Position numbers and translations under genes: made by a program | Assembly: GCA_021801225.1 (NCBI GenBank) | Contig: JAJYYF010000019.1 | Span: 5,494-69,493 of the forward strand | DNA from: Candidatus Micrarchaeota archaeon | GTDB lineage: Archaea; Micrarchaeota; Micrarchaeia; Micrarchaeales; CABMGC01 | DNA: 64,000 nt | Reading direction: 5' to 3' | Shown here: one piece after another, positions 56,874 to 64,000 of the stretch | Layout: each line of letters starts with the position of its first letter | Position numbering within the stretch: position 1 is the first letter of the stretch | Notes under the pieces: generated by a model | Database searches by the model: none | Told to the model about the DNA's origin: nothing | Seen by the model: only the letters and a program-made list of their open reading frames with translations

Positions 56874-57710
56874 ATGGTAATGCTAAAATCTCAAAAAATA
56901 GAGTATGTAAAATCTCTAAGAGAAGAAATTAAAAAATACAAAGTAGTCGGAGTAATGTCTATAGAAAAGATACCGGATAGATTATTACAAAAGATAAGAA
57001 ATGAGGTAAAAACAAAAGATTCAAAATTTATAATTGCAAGAAAGAATCTTATCTTAAAAATAATGGATCAAGAACACTTAAAAGATTTGGAACCATTCTT
57101 GAAAGGAAATGTAGGAATAATAATGTCAAATAGCTCCTCATTTGAGTTATTTGAGATGGTTACTTCAAACAAAATAAGGTTATTGGCAAAGCCAAATCAA
57201 ATCGCAGACCAAGATTTATCAATAGAAGCAGGAGAAACATCATTACAACCAGGTCAAGCGGTAACTGATCTTAAAACAGCTGGAATAGATGTACAAATTC
57301 AAAAAGGAAAGGTAACAATAAGTAAAAGTAAGGTTCTAGTTAAAAAAGGAGATAAAATCTCAGTTCCTGTCTCAAAAGCTCTTAAGATGCTTGACATACT
57401 ACCTTTTGAAGCAAAAGGAAACATCTCAGCAATCAAAGAAGGAAAACTCTTATACACTCCAGAAGTTCTTATGATTAATACAACTTACATATCACGAGAG
57501 ATAGGAGGTATATTCAGCTCAGCATATCTACTTAGCTTAGAACTAGGCATAGTGTCACAGTACAACATAAATGAGTTCATCAGGCGAGCTTTTGTGGCAG
57601 CTATCTCGGTAGGTGTAGAAGCAAAGATACCAGAAGGAGAAGTAATACCTAAGTTATTGGGCCTAGCTTCATCAGCAGCTAAAAATTTAGATGGAATGGT
57701 GACAAAATAA
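56874..57710 (+). CDS. rpl10: 50S ribosomal stalk protein P0 (L10)
   Basis: Its position between L1 and P1, and a P0-like N-terminal domain. Confidence 0.85.
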   Translation: MVMLKSQKIEYVKSLREEIKKYKVVGVMSIEKIPDRLLQKIRNEVKTKDSKFIIARKNLILKIMDQEHLKDLEPFLKGNVGIIMSNSSSFELFEMVTSNKIRLLAKPNQIADQDLSIEAGETSLQPGQAVTDLKTAGIDVQIQKGKVTISKSKVLVKKGDKISVPVSKALKMLDILPFEAKGNISAIKEGKLLYTPEVLMINTTYISREIGGIFSSAYLLSLELGIVSQYNINEFIRRAFVAAISVGVEAKIPEGEVIPKLLGLASSAAKNLDGMVTK

Positions 57711-57731
57711 TATTATACTAAAGGTGAAAAT

Positions 57732-58034
57732 ATGGAATACATATACGCAGCTCTTCTGCTCGATTCGGCAGGGAAAGAAATAACAGAATCAAGTCTTGAA
57801 GGAATAGTAAAAGCAGCAGGAATAACTCCTAATGAGGCTATGGCAAAAGCAGTTGTAAACTCGTTGAAAGGAGTAAATATAAAAGATGTTATAAAGAATG
57901 CTCAATCAATGCAGGCTGCAGCTCCAGTAGCATCAGCAGCATCAGCAGGAAAAGCAGAAGCAAAGAAAGAAGAAAAAGAAGAGAAACAAACCGAAGAACA
58001 AGCAGCTGGCGGATTGGCAAGCCTATTCGGCTGA
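57732..58034 (+). CDS. rpl12: 50S ribosomal stalk protein P1 (L12)
   Basis: MEYIYAALLL N-terminus, an Ala/Glu/Lys-rich hinge, and the C-terminal GLASLFG. Confidence 0.9.
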   Translation: MEYIYAALLLDSAGKEITESSLEGIVKAAGITPNEAMAKAVVNSLKGVNIKDVIKNAQSMQAAAPVASAASAGKAEAKKEEKEEKQTEEQAAGGLASLFG

Positions 58035-58159
58035 GCCGATGCATTGCATGATTATTAACGTTTTATATTAGTTAGCTAAGCTTACGTTCGTGCAAAAACG
58101 AAGTAACCTAACTCTATATAAAGCTTAATCTTCTTAACATTTTAAGTATTGGTGTAATA

Positions 58160-58516
58160 ATGGAAGTATACGTAGAAAAACAAAAATGTACAGGTTGTGC
58201 TCACTGTTTTGATGTTTGTCCAGTTGCTGTATTCTCAATGAAAAATAGGAGCGATCCTGATGTTAACTCAGATGTAGCTCCAGAAAATGACAAATGGAAA
58301 GGAACTCATGATCAAGCAGTAATAGATAAATGGTCTAATGTTCAAGACGGTCACAAACACTTTGCAGAGAACTTTGAAGGCGGTAGCGGTGGAATATCTG
58401 TAGGTGTAAATGGTCCATCATGTATACTTTGCCAAGCATGTTTAGTAGAGTGCGAAGGAGAGTGCATAGTGATAAAAGATGACTCAAACAACATCTTCAG
58501 ATCAATCTACAAATAA
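58160..58516 (+). CDS. 4Fe-4S ferredoxin-type protein with a long insertion
   Basis: CTGCAHCFDVCP and CILCQACLVEC cluster motifs. Confidence 0.7.
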   Translation: MEVYVEKQKCTGCAHCFDVCPVAVFSMKNRSDPDVNSDVAPENDKWKGTHDQAVIDKWSNVQDGHKHFAENFEGGSGGISVGVNGPSCILCQACLVECEGECIVIKDDSNNIFRSIYK

Positions 58517-58524
58517 ATGATTTT

Positions 58525-58797
58525 TTGGAAAAGATACGTTGTGCTCATATTCTTGTTGAAAAACAATCACTTGCGTTAGAGATACTTGAAAAACTTAAAA
58601 AAGGAGAGTCATTCTCGAAACTTGCTGAACAGTTCTCTATAGATGGTTCACGCAGACGAGGTGGAGATTTAGGTTTCTTCACTCGTGGAATGATGGTTAA
58701 ACCTTTTGAAGAAGCAGCATTCAAATTAAATATTAATGAGGTATCTGGTGTTGTAAAAACACAGTTTGGCTATCATATAATAAAACGTTTAGAGTAA
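58525..58797 (+). CDS. Parvulin-type peptidyl-prolyl isomerase
   Basis: CAHILVE...GGDLGFF...FGYHIIK. The start codon is TTG. Confidence 0.8.
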   Translation: MEKIRCAHILVEKQSLALEILEKLKKGESFSKLAEQFSIDGSRRRGGDLGFFTRGMMVKPFEEAAFKLNINEVSGVVKTQFGYHIIKRLE

Positions 58798-58799
58798 AC

Positions 58800-59312
58800 T
58801 TATTTTTTATTATTTTTTAATAATTTTTCAAGATACAAAATTCCAATTATAGTTTTAGCATCTTCTATCTTACCACTTTTTAACATACTTACTGCTTTTT
58901 TAAAACTTACAACTTCTAATGTAATTTTTTCTCCATCATCCAAAGATGTTTTTCCAGAGCTTAATCCAGTAGCTACAAAAAAGTACATGAACTCACCAAA
59001 TATTCCCGGAGTCGTATAAAATTCATATACTTTCTTTAAAGATTTAGCTGTATATCCTGTTTCTTCTTTTAACTCGCGTCTTGCAGCAGCAATAGGCGCT
59101 TCATTAATCTCTATATTTCCTGCGGGTATCTCATAAATAGTTTTATTTGCAGTAATTCTATACTGTTTTTCAAGTATTACTTTATTGCCTAAAATAGGCA
59201 AAATAGCAACTACATCCTTCTTTTTAATCAAATACCACTTATTAATCTTATTATTTATTTTAAATCTTTTTTCTAAAACAGTAAAAATATGATTTTGATA
59301 AACTTTTTTCAT
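58800..59312 (-). CDS. Nudix hydrolase (ADP-ribose pyrophosphatase-like)
   Basis: Nudix box AGNIEINEAPIAAARRELKEETGY. I place the start at an internal ATG, 5 nt after the upstream stop. Confidence 0.75.
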   Translation of the reverse strand: MKKVYQNHIFTVLEKRFKINNKINKWYLIKKKDVVAILPILGNKVILEKQYRITANKTIYEIPAGNIEINEAPIAAARRELKEETGYTAKSLKKVYEFYTTPGIFGEFMYFFVATGLSSGKTSLDDGEKITLEVVSFKKAVSMLKSGKIEDAKTIIGILYLEKLLKNNKK

Positions 59313-59316
59313 TTCA

Positions 59317-60006
59317 TCAATCAAATCTTCTTTTAAGCATAAGGTAAGCCATTCCAAAACCATAAAACAATTTAGATTTTGTAAGCTTTGAAGGTCCATG
59401 CTCTCGTTTAAAGTATTTTATATCTACCTCACTTATTGAGTACTTCTTTTTTGCAAGCTCCGCCGCAAAAAATCCCGTGCCTGTTCTATACGGCTTCAAA
59501 TCTTTAATATCATTAAAGGCTTCCCTATCCATTACAAAAAGTCCTGTTAGCACATCATGTACTTTTTTACTATACAACAAACTAAATATCAAACTCAATG
59601 AGGTATTCCCAAATCTTAAGTACGCACTCATAGCTCCTTCTTGAACATTGTTCAATCTATTCCCCAATACAAAATCAGCTTTTCCAGAGCTGACTATCTC
59701 TACGGCATCCTTTAGACCTTTTATCTCATGTGTTCCGTCTGCATCTATACTTGCAAGTATTGAACCCTTAGCCGCTCTAAATCCTGTCATTAATGCATTT
59801 TCTATTCCTCTATCCTTTTGTCTTATTACCTTTACTTTTTTTGTTTGTAATCTTTTAACGTAAGCATCTGAACTTTTATCAACTATTATTATCTCAATAT
59901 CTTTTCCTAAAAGCTCTCTTGCCTGATCTATTATTTTAAATACTAATTCCTCTTCTATAGTCGGTATAACAAGACTTATTTTTCTTTTAATTTCCATTAA
60001 ACTCAT
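59317..60006 (-). CDS. Family 2 glycosyltransferase (dolichyl-phosphate sugar synthase-like)
   Basis: ISLVIPT...IIVDKSSD...DADGTH motifs. Confidence 0.75.
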   Translation of the reverse strand: MSLMEIKRKISLVIPTIEEELVFKIIDQARELLGKDIEIIIVDKSSDAYVKRLQTKKVKVIRQKDRGIENALMTGFRAAKGSILASIDADGTHEIKGLKDAVEIVSSGKADFVLGNRLNNVQEGAMSAYLRFGNTSLSLIFSLLYSKKVHDVLTGLFVMDREAFNDIKDLKPYRTGTGFFAAELAKKKYSISEVDIKYFKREHGPSKLTKSKLFYGFGMAYLMLKRRFD

Positions 60007-60026
60007 TTTATAAAGTATATTTACTA

Positions 60027-61148
60027 TTATTTAAATGTAATTATCTCTTTTAATATCTTTTTAATTTCTTCTATATCAGTTGTGGTTTTAATGCCATCTT
60101 TATCAAACTGTGTTCTTGTAGCTAAAACTCCGTTATCATTAAGTTTTTTTATTATTTTATCAGGAGACGCAGAAACTGAACCTATTGATTTTGTTATTTT
60201 CGGTATAGAATAGAAAAAAGGTAGATCCAACTCATCAGCTATCCTAACAAGTACTCGATTCAGATCTCTACTATCTTTTATAATGCTGTTTTTTTCGTTA
60301 TAAAGAATAATCTCAGTTATTTTTTTCTTGTCGTTTATACTACCTAAATAAAGAGGTCCAAAAAATCTTACTTCTTTTTTACAGAACTTACATCTGTGTT
60401 CTAAAACTGGCGCTATACCTTTTGCATATTCAAATGATCTACAGTTATTACAAAATGAAGCGAAGCCACATTCCTTTACTGAAGATACTGCCTTTTTAGC
60501 TCCATGTTTTAACCTTAAAAAAACACGCATATAATGCATTTCTGATATTGAAAGTACTGGCTCTATTCCAAAGTTAAATGTTGCAGCGATCTTTGTAATA
60601 TACCCTAATAAAATTCTTATCCCTGATTCTTTACATAATTCATTATGCATAGGTTCTGCAAAGTAGCTTTTTAAACATGCACTCGAATGCGCTCCACATA
60701 AGACAGCTGTGTCAGTAGCTGTTATCATCAAGTATGTATTGTCCTTAGCTACCTTAATAATATCATTAATGTGAGGCTGTGGTGAACCAAAAGGATCAAG
60801 ATCTATAAAATCAAAGGACTCTTTTTCTGCAGATGAGCAGTACTCCTGTATGCTAATATTGTTAACTGTTGCTTTGATATCATTTAGTTTTAGATTGTTC
60901 TGTGCATTTTTTGCAGCATCTTTATTTATATCTAGGAAAATCACTTTTTTAATACCAGCTTCCTTTATGTATCTTATCCCTCTTATCCCTGTGGCACAGG
61001 TACTATCAAGTAATGAATCATCTTGTTTGCTAAAAAATTTTACAAAAAGAACAGAGATGTTCCTCAAGTTCTTCATTTTAGGATTGTAAAAAACATCTTC
61101 GGAAAGAAGCAACCTCGCTCCTCCTTCTATAACATCATTTTTTTCCAT
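60027..61148 (-). CDS. trm1: tRNA (guanine26-N2)-dimethyltransferase Trm1
   Basis: FYNPKM, LDSTCATGIRGIRY and DLDPFGSP motifs, plus a C-terminal Cys cluster. Confidence 0.9.
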   Translation of the reverse strand: MEKNDVIEGGARLLLSEDVFYNPKMKNLRNISVLFVKFFSKQDDSLLDSTCATGIRGIRYIKEAGIKKVIFLDINKDAAKNAQNNLKLNDIKATVNNISIQEYCSSAEKESFDFIDLDPFGSPQPHINDIIKVAKDNTYLMITATDTAVLCGAHSSACLKSYFAEPMHNELCKESGIRILLGYITKIAATFNFGIEPVLSISEMHYMRVFLRLKHGAKKAVSSVKECGFASFCNNCRSFEYAKGIAPVLEHRCKFCKKEVRFFGPLYLGSINDKKKITEIILYNEKNSIIKDSRDLNRVLVRIADELDLPFFYSIPKITKSIGSVSASPDKIIKKLNDNGVLATRTQFDKDGIKTTTDIEEIKKILKEIITFK

Positions 61149-61362
61149 GTAACTTCAATATTGCATCTAATAATCCGTGTGCATAGTTAATACTTGCAAA
61201 AGCAGTATAATAATCCTCTTTAGATAAAAAAGATAGCGTATCCTTATAATACATGCTCGCAAGCTCCACTATATCTTGTTCATTATCATTTAAAGTTATA
61301 GATTCGGAAAGTTTTATGTTCTCCTCAAAAATCTTTATATCCTTAGTTATTCTTTCCTTTAT
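61135..61362 (-). CDS. DUF357-like small protein with no canonical start codon (putative ATA start; absent from the ORF track)
   Basis: The frame is open from 61383 to 61135. It translates to ...(I/M)KERITKDIKIFEENIKLSESITLNDNEQDIVELASMYYKDTLSFLSKEDYYTAFASINYAHGLLDAILKLHGKK. The stop overlaps trm1 by 14 nt. The only ATG lies mid-domain. Confidence 0.55.
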   Translation of the reverse strand: MKERITKDIKIFEENIKLSESITLNDNEQDIVELASMYYKDTLSFLSKEDYYTAFASINYAHGLLDAILKLHGKK

Positions 61363-61393
61363 CTCCGCAAATACACCTTTTACTTATTAATCT

Positions 61394-62137
61394 TTAATCT
61401 TCCATATAAGGCGCAAGATAGTAATTTACCTCAGCATCTCCTATATTATACCTAAGTTTTAAAGGCTCATTTGATTTTAGTGAAACTGTCACTACATTTC
61501 CTACTGGACATGACTTAACCATATTCTCAAGCAACTCTAAGTTAAATGTTGCATCAGCATTCTTCTTAGATTCTACTTTCTTTATCATTCCGCCCTCTGT
61601 TTCATGAAGTTCTTCTAACTCTCCACTTTCCCCTCTTGCTGTAACTGCGAACTGATCCTTTGAAGCCTTAAATGATATATAAGACGAAATAAGATTTGCA
61701 TCCTTTATTATATCCTTAAGAGGTTCTCCATTCATTTCTACATGAGCATCAAACTCTACGCTAGGTTCTTTTTCAACATTTTTCTTTACATCTACTAATT
61801 GAAGTTTATATCTTCTTCTGCTTCCTTGCCCTATAAACTCTAAAGATAATTTATTCTCAGAATCTTTCATGACTAATGCCTCTCCATCCCTTGTTCTAGA
61901 GAGTATTTTATTTAAATTATCTATATTCAAGCCTAGACTTACATTTTTATCTATGTTGAACTTAGAAAATGCTTTATTAGGCATAAAAAATGATACCATA
62001 CTTATGCTTGAAGGATCCATAGCCTTTAAACTTATTCCATCCTTGTTTATCATGAAAAGTCCTTCATCAACTAAACTTACTATAGCAGATACACACTCTT
62101 TCCAATACTTTGCATTATCTATTTTTATTTCTAACAT
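61394..62137 (-). CDS. pcn: DNA polymerase sliding clamp PCNA
   Basis: 247 aa with a PCNA-like N-terminus (LVDEGLFMINKDGISLKAMDPS) and a two-domain layout. Confidence 0.9.
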   Translation of the reverse strand: MLEIKIDNAKYWKECVSAIVSLVDEGLFMINKDGISLKAMDPSSISMVSFFMPNKAFSKFNIDKNVSLGLNIDNLNKILSRTRDGEALVMKDSENKLSLEFIGQGSRRRYKLQLVDVKKNVEKEPSVEFDAHVEMNGEPLKDIIKDANLISSYISFKASKDQFAVTARGESGELEELHETEGGMIKKVESKKNADATFNLELLENMVKSCPVGNVVTVSLKSNEPLKLRYNIGDAEVNYYLAPYMED

Positions 62138-62254
62138 AATCTCACTTTACTCTCCACTTTTAATTATTATTAATACGGATAATAATATATAATATTCTAT
62201 TTTTATAGTATTTATATATCATATTTTATATCTATTTAAATAATTAATACTTAC

Positions 62255-63070
62255 ATGGAGTGTTTAGTTTTCAACGAGTCTGATATAGTATCAAAAAATT
62301 CGTTTAAGTATTTTTTAAGTATAAAAAAAGAGAAGTCATTTGAAAACTATGAAATAAAACATTCTGAAGTTAAAGAAGCTTATAAAAACGATTCACTAGT
62401 TGTATTTAATATTAAATCTGATTTAACAGCAGCTAATTATCTTGATAATTTTCATTTTGATTGCATATACTTTATAAGCAAACACCTCAGTAGTTCTGGA
62501 GTATTTACATTCACTACACACTCTTTAGGGAACCCTTCAAAAAATCCCTCAGAAATCAATCCATTTTATTTATCTAAATCCTCGCCAAAAAATATGTATT
62601 CTTTTATTAAAGAATTTTATAATACAAATAAAAAACTTCCAATAACCTATGAAGCTACTCATCACGGTCCTTTATTAGAAACTCCATCGTTGTTTTTAGA
62701 ATATGGTGGAACTACGCAGTCTTTAGAAAATACAGAGTACTCGAAGATACTAATTGATACACTATTCAGTTCTATAAAAACGAAACACACCCCTTCAAAG
62801 ATATTACTGGGCATAGGAAGTGGACATTATCCTTCAAAATTAACCTCATTAGCAATTAAAAAAGAATACGCATTTTCACATATTCTACCATACTATGTAC
62901 TTAATACTCTAAATCTTGAAGAATTAACTCTGCTTCTTAATAATGCTTATGCTGCCTCTAATGATAAGTTTACCAATATAATAATAGAAAAGAAAAGACT
63001 TAATAAACAAATAATTAATAACTTGTTATACTTGATAGAACAAAAAGGATTACATTATGAACTTTTATAA
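62255..63070 (+). CDS. dtdA: D-aminoacyl-tRNA deacylase, archaeal type (DTD2)
   Basis: YEATHHGP motif, and length and layout typical of archaeal DtdA. Confidence 0.7.
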   Translation: MECLVFNESDIVSKNSFKYFLSIKKEKSFENYEIKHSEVKEAYKNDSLVVFNIKSDLTAANYLDNFHFDCIYFISKHLSSSGVFTFTTHSLGNPSKNPSEINPFYLSKSSPKNMYSFIKEFYNTNKKLPITYEATHHGPLLETPSLFLEYGGTTQSLENTEYSKILIDTLFSSIKTKHTPSKILLGIGSGHYPSKLTSLAIKKEYAFSHILPYYVLNTLNLEELTLLLNNAYAASNDKFTNIIIEKKRLNKQIINNLLYLIEQKGLHYELL

Positions 63071-64000
63071 AGGATTTTTTGTAGCATCATTGTTAATTCT
63101 TACTGCAGGTATAGTAAACACTGCCTTTGCAGGTTACTGGTTTCAATTTGGCGTAAGAGGAGGAAAAAGTACAACTTTTAATAACGGAGCAAGTGTAAAT
63201 ATACAAACTATAACTAATCAAAAAATTCTTTCTGGTTCCTCGGGCTACTGGGTCGGAGAGAATTTAGCAAACGGCGCATTTATACAGATGGGTTACTTGA
63301 TTGAAAACCAATCTGGAACTTACCCTTCTATTTGTGTTATCTCAGGCTGCAGTGGCTTTCAGAATATACTTCGTGGAGACGCCGAGTGGTTTTATGAGTA
63401 CTTTCCACCAGGTTTTAGTTCATCATTTTTAGGTAAAATAGGTAGTGATAACTCTGCAGGAGTCAATGGGACTGAAAATAATTATACCTTTTATTCCAAT
63501 GGTAGTAACTGGTACTTTAAATTTAATGGAAATATAGTTGGATCTGTAAATCTAGGTTCTAACACTTCAGGTCAAAACATACCTATTGCTTTTGGAGAGC
63601 TAGCTAATACCTCAAATACAAATACTTTTCTTAAACCTGTAATTTTTAATAATCTGGAGTTTTATAAAAATGGAACATTTTTGCAAGTTCCTAACGGTTA
63701 TGTCTATATAGGATATGGGGAAGGAAGTCAAACACAGCTACCAAATCCTTATGGTGTACAGGAGTTGTTAAATCAAGTTAATTATTTTGAAGTAGGTTCA
63801 AACTTAACAATATATCCAGACAATACACGTTTATGGACACTAGGTTATACATTAAGTATAAACTCCACATATGGGAATATCTCATCAAAACACGGTTTCA
63901 TAGCCTACTCTAAAACCAACATAAACGTCCCAAATATTATTTATCTAAACAATAACACTAGGGTTGTGTTTATAAGTTGGACCGGTACGGGTTTAGGGTC
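63058..64000 (+). CDS. Secreted protein, possibly glutamic peptidase (G1/eqolisin)-like; 3' end lies outside the window
   Basis: Signal peptide MNFYKGFFVASLLILTAGIVNTAFA. The segments GYWVGENLANGAFIQMG and DAEWFYEYFP resemble the WVGIDG...ILQTG and DAWYEWYP segments of G1 peptidases. The ORF is open to the window end. Confidence 0.4.

Overview
This is an AT-rich archaeal chromosomal segment. My hand counts of a few 60-nt lines give roughly 25-33% G+C. It is densely packed with housekeeping genes: DnaJ, ThyA-DHFR, SHMT, MCM, MetRS, CysRS, Tmk, dCTP deaminase, tRNA-splicing endonuclease, Kae1/Bud32, EF-1alpha-S10, an Lhr-type helicase, GyrB-GyrA, L1-P0-P1, PCNA, Trm1 and DtdA. These are interspersed with membrane and secreted proteins very rich in N-x-S/T sequons. 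Many genes overlap by a few nucleotides. The gene content fits a small-genome, possibly acidophilic archaeon (DPANN/ARMAN-like or Thermoplasmata-like), but taxonomy cannot be settled from this window.

The main feature is a ~10.7 kb casposon at 14488-25226. It has 53-54 bp terminal inverted repeats and a 13-14 bp target-site duplication that overlaps the 3' end of a tRNA-Glu(UUC) gene. It encodes a solo Cas1 (casposase), a family B DNA polymerase and a frameshifted HNH nuclease, with no cas2 and no CRISPR array. It also carries a restriction-modification gene pair and several uncharacterised Zn-finger/HTH genes. Just outside its left end lies an 18-bp perfect palindrome made of fused TIR tips, flanked by a third copy of the target. 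This looks like the scar of an earlier casposon at the same site.

Secondary observations:
- The element is compositionally mosaic.
- Several conserved small ORFs are missing from the ORF track (L41e, RNHCP, DUF357-like, DUF5679-like, CDGSH). Three conserved ORFs have no ATG/GTG/TTG start, and an ATA codon sits where the N-terminus should be.
- The tRNA-splicing endonuclease is unusually long, with a third unit.
- There is a PadR operator pair, a SPASM gene remnant and a possible L1 leader structure.
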